64,000 nt of DNA. It comes from Eledone cirrhosa (lineage: Eukaryota). Where the stretch lies: assembly GCA_964016885.1 (NCBI GenBank), contig OZ024743.1, positions 123,442,001 through 123,506,000 on the forward strand, written 5' to 3'. The notes beneath the pieces are model-generated. The model saw only the letters and a list, made by a program, of their open reading frames with translations, ran no database searches and was not told where the DNA came from. This document shows, one piece after another, positions 24,868-38,095 of this stretch. A program made the position numbers and the translations under genes. Numbering within the stretch: position 1 is the first letter of the stretch; every line of letters begins with the position of its first letter.

Positions 24868-25000
24868 TCATCACTTTACGATCGTTTCTAGGATATATAT
24901 TGTGTTGGTATGTATATTATATAGATCTATGTAAAAATTTTACAAACTATCAGAGGAAATATACATACCTTCACATATATATGCTGTTTTCAGAAATAAT
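24868..25000 (-). ncRNA. Hammerhead family D, long stem II, core mutated (CTGAAAA)
   Basis: Reverse strand: attattt-CTGAAAA-cagcatata...tatatccta-GAAA-cgatcg-TA-aagtgatga. Confidence 0.55.
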
Positions 25001-25187
25001 TGTTTCTACTTTTGGCACAAGGCCAGCAATAACCCAGTGTATTACTGGTACTTTATTTTATCGACCCCGTAAGGATGAAAGGCAAAGTTAACCTTGGCAG
25101 GATTTGAATTCAGAATGACAAGGGCCGTAACTCTATGCGTCAAAGCATGGCGTCCGACCCTCTACCGATACTGCCAATCCCCCGCCC
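25001..25187 (-). mobile_element. tRNA-derived SINE with 12-bp TSD
   Basis: TSD ttcagaaataat at 24989-25000 and 25188-25199. Confidence 0.9.
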
Positions 25188-25480
25188 TTCAGAAATAATG
25201 ATATTTGTTTATTGAAAAAAACCAACAAAGATTTAATATAATAGGTCTGTTTGGGAACAGGTTTTGAATTGACCAATAGAAAAGTAGTAAGAGGTCAAGT
25301 TGATAGAATAGTAGTAGTAGAAATTAAAGTTGATAGAATAGTAGTAGTAGAAATTAAATTTCTACTACTACTATTCTATCAACTTGACCTCTTACTACTT
25401 TTCTATTGGTCAATTCAAAACCTGTTCCCAAACAGACCTATTATATTAAATCTTTGTTGGTTTTTTTCAATAAACAAATA

Positions 25481-25605
25481 TCATTATTTCTGAAGACAGC
25501 ATATATATGTGAATGTATGTATATTTCCTCTGATAGTTTTTTAAATTTTTACATAGAACTATATGATATACATACCAACACACATGTATATCCTAGAAAC
25601 GATCG
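25481..25605 (+). ncRNA. Hammerhead family D, intact core, 3'-truncated
   Basis: tcattattt-CTGAAGA-cagcatat...atatccta-GAAA-cgatcg, then a switch to the 626-bp family. Confidence 0.55.
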
Positions 25606-27311
25606 CTTTGAAGACCATATACCTCCGGTTGGTGCGAGCAACGGCTAAAAAAAGTCGTTGGGACACGTAAATAAAGGGGACGCGAGGGTAAACAAACAAA
25701 ATGGTGAGGCAACAGAAAGTGAGGAAGGAGGAAACAAGTCCCAGATTTCTATGAATTTAAGTTCGGTGAAATCGTGAACGAGAGAATAAAGACCATCAAA
25801 CCTGGTTGAAATGTGAGCAAGGAAGGAATTTCGCACAGGTCTAACGGGAGGAAGAAGGGGTCTGGTCTGCGAATTCGGTAAACATAAGTTCTGTGAAATC
25901 GTGGACGCGAGAGAAAAAATTCCGACCAGCTTGGCCGAGAATGTGAGAGAAAAGAGTTACTCACAGGTCAAACGGGAAGAAAGAGGAAGAGGAGGAGGAG
26001 AGGTAGTGACAGAGAATGAGTGAGTGAAGGGTGAGGTGAGGAAGAGGCTAACAGAGAAAGAGACTGCTAGAAAGGGTAAAGATACGTAGAACGAAAAAGT
26101 CAGTGTAGCAGCAGAGGAAAAAATATGTGTAAATATGATAATAAGGGCGCTGCGGAGTTGCAAATGGGTTACATATGAAAAAAGTTTGTCCTTCATCAGT
26201 GATCTTCCAACTATCATAGGTATTTCATCGCTTTAAAGACCATATACCTCCGGTTGGTGCGAGCAACGGCTAAAAAAAAGTCGTTGGGACACGTAAATAA
26301 AGGGAACGCGAGGGTAAACAAACAAAATGGTGAGGCAACAGAAAGTGAGGAAGGAGGAAACAAGTCCCAGATTTCTATGAATTTAAGTTCGGTGAAATCG
26401 TGAACGAGAGAATAAAGACCATCAAACCTGGTTGAAATGTGAGCAAGGAAGGAATTTCGCACAGGTCTAACGGGAGGAAGAAGGGGTCTGGTCTGCGAAT
26501 TCGGTAAACATAAGTTCTGTGAAATCGTAGACGCGAGAGAAAAAATTCCGACCAGCTTGGCCGAGAATGTGAGAGAAAAGAGTTACTCACAGGTCAAACG
26601 GGAACAAAGAGGAGGAGGAGGAGAGATAGTGACAGAGAATGAGTGAGTGAAGGGTGAGGTGAAGAAGAGGCTAACAGCGCCCTTATTATCATATTTACAC
26701 ATATTTTTTCCTCTGCTGCTACACTGTCTTTTTCGTTCTACGTATCTTTACCCTTTCTAGCAGTCTCTCTCTCTGTTAGCCTCTTCCCCACCTCACCCTT
26801 CACTCACTCATTCTCTGTCACTACCTCTCCTCCTCCTCCTCTTTCTTCCCGTTTGACCTGTGAGTAACTCTTTTCTCTCACATTCTCGGCCAAGCTGGTC
26901 GGAATTTTTTCTCTCGCGTCTACGATTTCACAGAACTTATGTTTACCGAATTCGCAGACCAGACCCCTTCTTCCTCCCGTTAGACCTGTGCGAAATTCCT
27001 TCCTTGCTCACATTTCAACCAGGTTTGATGGTCTTTATTCTCTCGTTCACGATTTCACCGAACTTAAATTCATAGAAATCTGGGACTTGTTTCCTCCTTC
27101 CTCACTTTCTGTTGCCTCACCATTTTGTTTGTTTACCCTCGCGTCCCCTTTATTTACGTGTCCCAACGACTTTTTTTAGCCGTTGCTCGCACCAACCGGA
27201 GGTATATGGTCTTTAAAGCGATGAAATACCTATGATAGTTGGAAGATCACAGATGAAGGACAAACTTTTTTCACATGTAACCCATTTGCAACTCCGCAGC
27301 GCCCTTATATT

Positions 27312-27314
<3 letters not shown>
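25601..27314. repeat. ~626-bp tandem unit family K: ~1.7 units minus + ~1 unit plus, ending in (TA)n
   Basis: Period 626 (ORFs 25749 and 26375). Inversion at 26675-26677 (cag). Diverged copy at 44200-44670. Confidence 0.85.
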
Positions 27315-27393
<79 letters not shown>

Positions 27394-27656
27394 AATGGAA
27401 GTTCAGCATAATCGAAGCTCTGGCTGAAGCTATGCTAACGAATGCAATCGGAATGTGCAGCTAAGCACTCAATAAGGTATTTTACCTTAGAGTAATAACA
27501 TTACATTTAGACAACTTGTCAAATTGAAGACTGCGACCGGTAAGCCAGCCGCAAGGACCAAAGCAACCAGAAAACCAACTCAGGATGATTTGACAGACCT
27601 GGACCATCGCGTCGATAATAAGCAATATCTCCGGTAGGTTTCTATGAATCCGAAAT

Positions 27657-27729
<73 letters not shown>

Positions 27730-27731
<2 letters not shown>

Positions 27732-28090
27732 TATTAAAGCAAATAACATCACCTACAACTATATAGGCGCAACCTCATCGAGCTTTAAATTAAGATATTC
27801 GAATCACAAACACTCTTTTTCGAATCCGGATAAGAAATTATCTACCTCTTTATCACAACTCATATGGTCCTTAAAAGACAAAAATTTAGAGTACTCAATA
27901 TTTTGGTCAAAACTTTGTGATAGCCAAGTCTACGTGAATTCCTCCGTATAACCTAACTGCAATCTTTGCGATATGGAGACCCTATTAATAATTACTAATT
28001 ATGATAAGTTAATTAACAAAAAGACTGAATTATTCTCAAATTGCTTGCACAAAGCTACATCTACATTCCAAGCTTCACAAAAAATAAGGA
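27730..28090 (+). pseudogene. Penelope/Naiad-like GIY-YIG endonuclease fragment
   Basis: NYIGATSSSFKLRYSNHKHSF...STSLSQLIWSLK...CNLCDME...LINKKTELFSNCLH, with one stop. Confidence 0.8.
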
Positions 28091-28784
28091 AAATACATTG
28101 AATAAATGTGAAATGATTTAGACGTTTATTAATAACTAGAGTGTGAAACAATATTGACTCAGATTAAAAAATTCTTGTAATGCTTTTATTATTTATACTA
28201 TTATTAATATTAGATTAAGGGTTTCTACCTTAACATTGAAATTGTTAACCTGATCTCTTGTTGAGTACGTATGACCTTTAGATTGTTTAAATACATTTAA
28301 TTTTGGTTTTGTATTTTCTAAATCTTATATCTTATATATTTGATACCTTTAATCTATTCAGACTTGTAAACCATTTAATTATTTCGAATGGTTGTTTACG
28401 ATTCACGAGGATATGATTATACATTTATAGTATACAAGTCTCCTTAGATCCAAATTGATACATTCTTTTTGTACTTAAATTGATGTAAAATTTTAAATTC
28501 AGTAAAATCCAGTTGAATCAAATTTATAACACTCTTAACAGTAATTATACTATATATAAGTGACTAATATCGTCTTAAACCTTAACATTTATAGTTTATA
28601 TATAAATTATACAAATGTGTATATCTAGTTAAATCTGGTTTAATAATATCTTATTAAATACATTGATAATGCTTTATGACTTATTAATAGCATCTTAATT
28701 TTAAGATTTTTTGACTAATATATTGATTATATTCTTAATTTTAATATACTTTTAAATATACTTGTGATTACCTTTGGAGGTACA

Positions 28785-29251
28785 GTAGTATGTATATATA
28801 TATATATACATACATGCACACATATATATACGTATGGATTCACCGAACATTTATTATAATGAAATTTCGTTTCATTTTTTCCGTTTATCGTTTTCGGTAC
28901 TCCGGCCGAATAACTTACTCGATATGCAAATTAGGCTGCTCAGCCGTTAATATGCATAAGGAAAGTAGATACTTTCAGACGTTCAACCATCTGGCAGGAA
29001 GGTATACGTTGCTGACGATAGCTAATAAGCTTGAAACTAGTACATCGTTCCTTTGTCGGTGTTGAACAAATGAGCAACGATGGTTGCTAGACACTGTACG
29101 GCTTAATTCGGGATGTTTGTTTACAAACACTCCGAGCCTTATAATAAATGTTCGGTGAATCCATACGTACATATATATATGTGTGCATGTATGTAGATAT
29201 ATATACATACTACTGTACGTCTGTATACATATGTGTATGTACGTATACATA

Positions 29252-29255
<4 letters not shown>
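28785..29255. repeat. Family E repeat with short inverted left arm
   Basis: 28860-29255 is the reverse complement of the unit at 44720-45850. 28785-28860 is inverted. Confidence 0.8.
29006..29048 (+). ncRNA. Minimal type I hammerhead, family E
   Basis: acgttg-CTGACGA-tagct aata agctt-GAAA-ctag-TA-catcgt. GUA site. Confidence 0.75.
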
Positions 29256-29336
<81 letters not shown>

Positions 29337-29340
<4 letters not shown>

Positions 29341-30056
29341 TAGTATATCTACTAACATATGCGTACAGATGTACGCTAATGCCAGCAAATACACAGGTTA
29401 TGTCATAGTACCTAGGTGGTTCAATGCATGAGGATGCAGAACAATAATATAAAAGACGTAAAATAAGAAAATTTAAAAAAAATTTTAAAAAATTAACCTA
29501 CTTACTAAAATTTTCACTCCAACTAATTAGTTTCTGCAATGGGATAAAGACAGTTACGTAATAAACTGTCGAGAATTCATTGCGTCATCAGGGAGTCAAT
29601 TCTCAGCTAAGTCTCCAGGCAATGCGCGGACACTGGGGATTCATATAAAAATAATAATAATTCGGTAAATGGAACAGCTAGCGCGGACTGGATTCCATGT
29701 ACTGAAAATCTTGCTGTCACTGGTCAAATGGCAGATTCTAAAGAATCAATCACGTGACACAGAGGCTAGTCGGTAGGAGTGGGATGGTAAGATGACAGAA
29801 GCCTACTAGCACACCAAAAAATTAGTAGTGGTTTTGGCAGGTTTGCTCGACAAATAAGTAATTTGGAGATAAATATAGAGAATTTAGTATATCTACTAAC
29901 ATATGCGTACAGATGTACGCTAATGCCAGCAAATACACAGGTTATGTCATAGTACCTAGGTGGTTCAATGCAGGAGGATGCAGAACAATAATATAAAAGA
30001 CGTAAAATAAGAAAATTTTAAAATTTTCTTATTTTACGTCTTTTATATTATTGTTC

Positions 30057-30060
<4 letters not shown>
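29337..30060. repeat. Family F: ~542-bp partial tandem with short terminal inversion, microsatellite-flanked
   Basis: 29337-29475 is repeated at 29879-30018. 30020-30060 is inverted. Solo end copy at 38974-39092. Confidence 0.8.
29516..29596 (-). ncRNA. Type I hammerhead, family F
   Basis: Reverse strand: actcc-CTGATGA-cgcaatg...cattgca-GAAA-ctaattag-TT-ggagt. Inner hairpin gacagtt/aactgtc. Confidence 0.75.
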
Positions 30061-30102
<42 letters not shown>

Positions 30103-30854
30103 CTAGACCACCCGTGACCCGGTCATGTTCACTTAAAAATAATGTTTAAATAATTAAAATATACACAAAATGTATATAATGTAAAATGACATTGGAAAGC
30201 CAACATATATATATATATATATATACGTGTGTGTGTGTATATGTACGTGTATATATATATATGTGTGTTTACATCCTGTCCTAACACAAGTTATAAGATA
30301 CATATAACTTAATATTCAGTCACCAAATTCAAGCTAGATACAGTAATGCTGTATTCAATTCTTTGAAGTCACCTGTCATAATTTCATTTAACAACACCAC
30401 CAGCTCTCTCCCTCACTCTCTCTCACAACCACTATCTGCGTTTGTATTCACATTTCAATGGTACCTTGCTTTCAAAGAATTTTCCCATTATGAGCTGATT
30501 TGGCTACTTATAAAGGTACCCGAAAAAAACCGCGTATCTCGGGAACCCGTGGCCCGAATTACGTGAAACTTGACTTTTCACTGTATTATTCACAAATATT
30601 TTTACAAAGAAAATATCAAATCGTTTTTCACTAATAGCTATCCAATCACTCCACTTCAAAATTCTTTTTTTCTATATCTCTATGGATGCTTGACTGTTTG
30701 TTCTAAAAGATTTTTCTGCTTAAAAAGTTGCAATAGTAATGAAAAGCTGGTTTTATTTACAAAAATTTGAAAGAAATTATTCTTAGTTGTCTTAGTTTTT
30801 CCTTTTCCTCTCATTTTCTGACTTCGGAATCAACATTTTCTCATATTTACGCTG

Positions 30855-33800
30855 TTACAGTTTGTTCAAAAGAATGCTTTTGATGACAGCATTCTTAGTT
30901 GACTGGGTATCCTTCAGAAACACTCTGACATTTTCTTTTCGTTTTCCGCTGCTAAGGGCTACATACAGTTGACCGTGTTGGAATACAGGTCGTTCCAGAT
31001 AAACCAAGACGTTTTCCATAGTTTGTCCTTGTGCTTTATGAATTGCCATAACGAAGCACGATTGAACTGGGAATTGGCTTCGCTGCAAAGGGATATTCTC
31101 ACCTTCGGATAGATTAATTCTTATTCTAGGTATCATAACGATCTCATTTCTGAAAGCAGCAGTGTTGATTCTTGCTACTATGAGATTGTCGGGCAGTTCT
31201 TCCACGATCATTACAAAGCCTTGGAGGATTCAAGTTTCTCATAAGAATTATTGGCGATCCTTTCTTCAATTCCAGGTTTTGTGGTGGCAGTCCTGATAGT
31301 TCAACCGAATCAAGGAATTCAGTCGGGAAATGAGTGGCATTGGTACCATCACTCACAGAATTATAGGATCGGTACCCTTTTATGGTTCCAGGGAAGCGTC
31401 TGATACATGTGTAATTGATGCTTCTCATCATTTCATTGAGAGGTACTAAGATGCAATTGTTCGAAAACACTTCAGCTGGATTGTCGAATGAGGAGTAGAT
31501 GAAATCAACACATCCTTCCATAGTTGTTGCTTGGAGAACCATTTCTTTTGGCAAAATAATTTCCTCATTTCAGTTTTTTTTATCTTATCTTCTCCAATAT
31601 CCAATAGGAACTGTGAATAGTCTCCTGCTCCCCCACCCAATCGCATGTTTGTCTTCAACTGAAATCTTTTGAAGCTTCGCCATAATTAGGATCTTTTAAT
31701 GCAGGCGTTTTCCACGCCCGCTTCTTTTCCCCTTTTCACCACCTGAAGAAGCTGACGGAAATCGCCACAGCAAATTGTCAAAATTCCACCGAATGCCTCA
31801 TTGTTGTCGCATATATCACGCAGAGTGACGTCAACAGCTTCGAAGCTTTCCCTCCGAATCATAGGACACTCATCCCAAACAATCAGCCTTGTATGCTGGA
31901 AGAGGTTTGCCGTCTTTGAGTTTTTATTAATGTTGCTCAGACCATTTTCTTTCACTACTATCGGTATTTTGAATCTAGAATGCGCTGTTCTTCCACCAGG
32001 CATCAGTGTTGCGGCAATGCCAGATGACGCAACAGCAATAGCCACGTCACCATTTCCCCTGACTTTTGAAAGAGTTAAGTTAATCAGGAATGTCTTTCCT
32101 GTTCCACCTGGAGCGTCAATGAAAATCAATACAGATGTGTTCGTCTCTAAATTGTTACAAACGAAGTCATACACGTGTTTTTGTTCACTATTCAATAGAG
32201 GCTCCATCTCTTCTACAAATCGTCGCTGCTCTTCTCTGCTGTATTGCAATTCATGCAATAACTCCAAACTGCCAATATCCTGATTAGCAACAATATTATT
32301 TGGCCTTGGCAAGTTAAAGTCACTAAGACTTTTGCCCAGGTCGTTAAGTTTGTCTTCAAAATACAGAAGACATTGATCATAATGTCTCTCGCTAATCAAA
32401 AGGTTAGAGTTTCTGGTAGCTCTTTTTTTTATTTGAAGGTAATCCTCAGACAGCGAATGCTTAAATCGAACCCATAAAGCACTGGAATGTCAATTTCCGT
32501 ATTTGTGAGGAGCATGATGAATAGATCTCTCATGGCTTTGGGAAGCCTTGTTCGCTCAGCATCTTCCAGAGTCTGCTGCCAATGATCATGCGATTGAAGC
32601 TAACCTTTCTCTCTGCAGAGGTCTTTGAATAATGGCAGAAGTTCTCCATCACACATTTTCAAAGAGTTGAAGAATACGTGATGCAGAAGGAATCTTAAAT
32701 AATACAGGTCACCACTTCGTGGGGAAACAGTGTATACTCGTCCCAAAACGTTTGCCTCAAAAATCCCTGGATACTGCTCAACTGTTTTCCCCACCTTCTC
32801 CTTTCCCATCTCTTATTACTCCAAGTGTAAAACTTTGGCACATCGGCATAATACAATGTTTTTGCAAACGGATCGCGATTGCAGAGATCCATGAACTCAG
32901 TCAGAGTCGTCTTAGCTATGTTATTGTTTACTTTAACAGCAGCATTGACCCGAAAGAAGATTTGATTTTCCTCAGGTAGATGAACTTGAAGGCGAACTAC
33001 GGTCGGTTGTCTCTCATGAATTGGAAATCCAAGTACCAAGGCAACAGCTTCTGAAGGATCGATATATCTTCCTGTTAAATACTGTATTGTCTCATCTTCC
33101 CTGTCCACTCCAAACATTGCCTGATCACTGCCCTTCATGGTATATTTGATAACGTATTTGATCGATTTCATGGAAGAGCACATCTCTACGTTTAGGTGGC
33201 AGTTTAACAGTTTTAATAGTTTCATATTGTAGAGAACCATCCATTCCGAAGTTATATTTCGGCTTCCCCTTCCTTCTTGGTGCCCCTCAAATCCTCCCAT
33301 TCCTGGAAAGCGTCTTCTGTACACAGGATAAGAGTCCTCTCCACACACTGTATATTCATTGAAAGGCTTAGGGTACCGCTTACTGCACGTTCCATCTTTC
33401 CAACACAGCGAATTGTTAGAGCAATTCGGACCGTGGATCATGTGCTTCAGCACCAATTCATGACCCTCTGGATCTTTGTTTGGATCTGGTATTTCGGCTT
33501 GACAAATTTATCATATTCCTGCGGTCTGGGCTTGGAGGCTTCATTGAACCATAGCAAACAGTGCACATGAGGAAGACCTCGCTTTTGATATTCAACTGTC
33601 AGCGCGTAAGCTATGCACTTGCCAAATAGGCCATCTACTACAGTAAGATACTTGCTTAACAGTTTCCGCTTCAGATCAAATACTCTGGTAATTAAATCTG
33701 GCCTCTCATGTGGCTTTTGATTCAGGAATAGGTTTTGCCGGTTTTCAGACCAGCTTGGATTGCATGTCATTGTGATAAAGAACGAAGGATTGCCGTACTT

Positions 33801-34850
33801 CCGTATGTACATCATGGCATCCTGGCATCGCTCCATCATATATCTCGGTCCACCGACAAATGTGGAAGAGAGTATGATTCGCCTGCCAATATTGCGAAAA
33901 TCGTCATCATCGTTCAATGCGTCAGTAAGGCCCTTGTATGTTGTAGATCGCAATGATGTTTGATTCATTCGGATGTATTGCAGTCTATGTCCTTCAATCT
34001 TCACAGCCATGTCAACCAAATATTGCTGAAATAAATGACCGCCTCTGAGAAGTTGGTTGAATTCATTCACATAGTTCATTATTTGATAGGCATAGTAACG
34101 CATTGGCGTCAACCTCTTGTTGTTGCTCATTAACAGCTCATGATGCTATCCGTCATCGCCAAAAGGAAAAAATAGAACATACTGCAAACTGTCATAGGAC
34201 CGATGGGACTCTGAGATTATTTGCAATTGTCCGCCTTTTTCTTTCAACACAATTTGCCGTATTTTTGCTTGAAGTTCGGTGCTGTTTTGTATAGTAACGG
34301 CAACTTCGTTTGCAGTGTGTGCATTGAATCTTCTCTCATGTTCCATTGCTGGTCTCCTATCAGGATCAATAATAATCGAAGCTTCGGGAATATTTTTAAT
34401 TTGTTCTTTTGCCATTCGAAATGAAGCAACATAAGGGTTATATTGTCTGAGTATTATTTTCAATAATTCAACTATGTCGCGCTGAATGCCATCGTTATGG
34501 AGTATCCTGATCCTCAAATCAACACTATCATGAGGATCCAAGAAGTAAATTTGAAGAAATTGGGGTTGTTCGTTGGGATTATGGGTTAAGGAACCGATGT
34601 AATGGTGAATTTGACCATGAATAACGATAGAAGTATTCCATCCACTCCTTGAGGATCGAACTTCTTCGGCCCCAAATGATGTCATTTGGAACAGGCAGTT
34701 GTATTGTCTGAGGTTCTTCCTGAACTCGTTTGCCCTAGGTTGATCAGTACTAAATAAACTGTGAAGTTCCTGGAGTAAAGGCTGCAGATTCCCCAACCTG
34801 ACTTTTCCATTCATACAGCAAAAGTTAGCAGTTTCACCATGAAAAAGCAT
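30855..34850 (-). pseudogene. Helitron Rep (HUH) - PIF1 helicase, multiply frameshifted
   Basis: CCMNGK, VEYQKRGLPHVHCLLW, KYVIKYTMKG, DAPGGTGKT, GDFRQLL, QFPV..HKAQGQT, HGQLYVALS. Confidence 0.95.
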
Positions 34851-34973
34851 TGCATGACAACAGACAGATCTTATTCATCTGTCTAACATCAGCAGAGAGG
34901 TCACGTCGTTGAACTGTCCATGCTCTACCCCTAATGGTTTGTTGGCAAAGACGTTCAGTTCTCCGAGCGTCTG

Positions 34974-35353
34974 ATTCATGATCTCTCATTATTCTGTCTC
35001 TTTCCCTCTGTTTCGCCTGACGCTCAGCTCTCCAACCATCCGATTCATGATCTCTCCTTCTTCTGTCTCTTTCCCTCTGTTCCGGCTGACGCTCAGCTCT
35101 CCGACCATCCGATTCATGATCTCTCCTTCTTCTGTCTCTTTCCCTCTGTTCCGGCTGACGCTCAGCTCTCCGACCATCCGATTCATGATCTCTCCTTCTT
35201 CTGTCTCTTTCCCTCTGTTCCGCCTGACGCTCAGCTCTCCAACCATCCGATTCATGATCTCTCCTTCTTCTGTCTCTTTCCCTCTGTTCCGCCTGACGCT
35301 CAGCTCTCCGACCATCCGATTCATGATCTCTCCTGCTTCTGTCTCTTTCCCTC
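34974..35353. repeat. 60-bp minisatellite (~6 copies) in the Helitron N-terminal coding region
   Basis: Encodes RRRRDHESDGRRAERQAEQRERD-type repeats on the minus strand. Confidence 0.92.
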
Positions 35354-36625
35354 GGTGTACAAATAATTTGTATTTTCACTTAAGAATATTTTTTAAATAT
35401 GCCAAGAAATATTTTTTCCATCGTATTCACTTGAAAATAATTTTTAGAAAATGAAGATATTGTCTATGTAAATAAAGCTATTTGTGAAATCAAATTCATT
35501 TAAAAATATTTCTAAATAATTGAAATATTCTTTTTAACAAAAGCAAAAATATAAACACCTACTGTTTAACACCAACTGGTATTTTTCAGTAATATTCACT
35601 TAATGCTATTCTGATAATTAAAATATCGTCTGTTTAAAGAAAGCTCAAACATAGATACTTGAATTACAAACAACTTGTAGTTTTGAAATCATATTCACTG
35701 AGAAATCACTGAAAAATCTTTTTTTAATAACTATTAAAAATATTTCTCGAATGATGAAAATAGGTTATGTCGATTTACATCAAACTTGTTTTATCCCAAT
35801 TTCAGGGTTTTATCACTTACAGGGCTATTTTTCCATTATGCACCGTTTTGGCTATTTACGAAGGTATCCTACACACACACACACACAAACACACAAATAT
35901 ATATATGTCTCTAACTTAAGTACTGTTACACACACATACACACACACACATGTCTCTAAGTAGGTAAACACATGCACTGGCACACATACACATACAGATA
36001 CACACGGTGGCAGTAGAACTGTGAAAGAGACAGAAAGAAATAACGTTATGGATAGGGGGGGGGAGAGTTAAAATAAATAAAAGTTAAGGACGCTGTCTCT
36101 TTCCCTATCTGTCATCCCCCCCTCTCTCTTATCCCCTCACTCTCTCTCTTTCTCTCTCTCACCCCCTCTCTGTCTCTCTTACCTACAGAATGGACAACCA
36201 AAAAACAAACGGATTATTTCTTTCGATATTCATTATAAAATAAGATAAATTGAATTTAGATGAATTCCTTGCTATTTTTGGAAAATTGAAAATATTTTCC
36301 ATGTGCGATTTACGTCAAACTTGTTTAATTCAGAGTATTTTCTCATTATGCAATGTTTTGGCTATTTACGAAGTTTTGCAGGGTTATGTTAATTTCGAGG
36401 TATTTTCCCAGTATGCACCGTTGTGGCTATTTACGAAGGTATCCCCAAAACCCGCGAATCTCGGGAACCCGGGATCAGATTTTCGCGAAACTTGTTACAT
36501 TCAATTTGTATTCCCATTTCAGAGCCAACTTGCTTTCAAAGTATTTACCCATTATGCGCCTTTTTGGCTGTATTACATAACAGACAAGCAAGCACGTAAG
36601 CAAGCACGCAAGATCAGTGTTTTAG

Positions 36626-36692
<67 letters not shown>

Positions 36693-36697
<5 letters not shown>

Positions 36698-38095
36698 TAA
36701 ACAAAAGACGGCTTTAGTCCATCCCTATTTATTTTATTATTCGAAGATGTATGTCCGACATACAGACACACAGGGGAATTTTGAATAGTAACGGAAATAA
36801 TTGTAATTGGAAAAATCGTAATGTTTGCCCATTAAGTAATAACTGTCTCGATCGGAATTTAGTTTATGAATGCATAGTTAAAACGAATAATATGTCTTAC
36901 AGGTATATTGGTGCAACTTTCTCTAAATTTAAAGAATGGTGGTATAATCATCGCCACTTGTTCAAAAGAAAGAATAAACGATTTAGCACGGCCCTCTCAG
37001 GATTGATTTGGTCGCTTAAAAATAATAATATTGAATATTTTTGGCAGAAATTTTCTCATGATTTTCCTTATGAAAATGCATTTTATACCTAAGAGGTGTG
37101 ACCTCTGTACCACAGAGATTCTTCACATCATAGACAATTAATTATAAATAAACGCTCTGAAATATTCAGCTCTTGTTTTCACAAATTCGGCAAAACGTTT
37201 AAATAAAGCTAAATATACTATGGAATAAGCAATACAAATTTTCTTGATATATAGTTTTAAGCTAATTTGTTGTTAAAAATGTAAATAATGCTAAATGGAC
37301 TATGACATAAGTTATGCAATTTTTCTTCATTATAACTTTAACATCTATCTTAAATTTTTAAATAGTATCTAAATGAATTAATTCTAACATAAAATGATAA
37401 ATTTGTCTATAATACATACATCATTGAACTAATTGTTTAATCCGGTAACATGATACCCGAACCAGCTCTTAAAAATACCGACGCCAACTGTTAAATATTT
37501 TCCCGCTTATATAATATCAACTTTAATACAATTGTAAATATAAACAATGATAAATTGACTATGAAATTAGTAATTTAATTTTTTTTTCTTTGTTATATAG
37601 TTACTTTAGCATCTTTGAATACATTTTTAAATTTCTATAATTTTGATTTAGTATCTAATTTAATCTAACATAAGTGATAAATTAATACTCGTTTTCTTTT
37701 GATTTATTTGACAAATTCGGTAACCTCATACTTTAGCCAGTTCAAAGACGCCAAAACCAACTAATATGTTTTTATTTCTCACTCATATAATATCTTTTGT
37801 GTCAAGGTTTTTTCGCAGGCCACCGAACTGAATAGCTCGTCTGACCGCCTGCATATCAAAAGATATCTACATCTCCTGTGGATTTTATCTGAAGAGAACA
37901 TGTTTTGACTTATGTTATACATAAGCCATACATCTTCGAAATACGTATAATAAAATAAATAGGGATGGACTAAAGTAACTGTCTTTTGTTTATTATTATT
38001 ATAACAAACTCCGGATAGACAAATTCCGTTGAGTGCTTGACATCTGTTATATAAAAGTCGGCTGATTCTAAATCAACTAACTCTCTTTAATTGAA

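Larger units (their letters stand above)
24813..25605. repeat. Fold-back element family D (centre ~25357)
   Basis: Left and right arms are reverse complements once the SINE is removed. Small tandem duplication near the centre. Confidence 0.8.
30103..36634 (-). mobile_element. Full-length decayed autonomous Helitron in (TA)n
   Basis: 3' CTAG at 30103-30106 with tgacc/ggtca hairpin. 5' tatattactaaaac at ~36620-36634. RepHel ORF pieces lie between. Confidence 0.88.

Noticed and set aside
36751-37900. Selenocysteine recoding/SECIS, as reported for some Naiad elements
   Set aside because: Conserved Cys positions use TGY codons and no convincing SECIS is visible.
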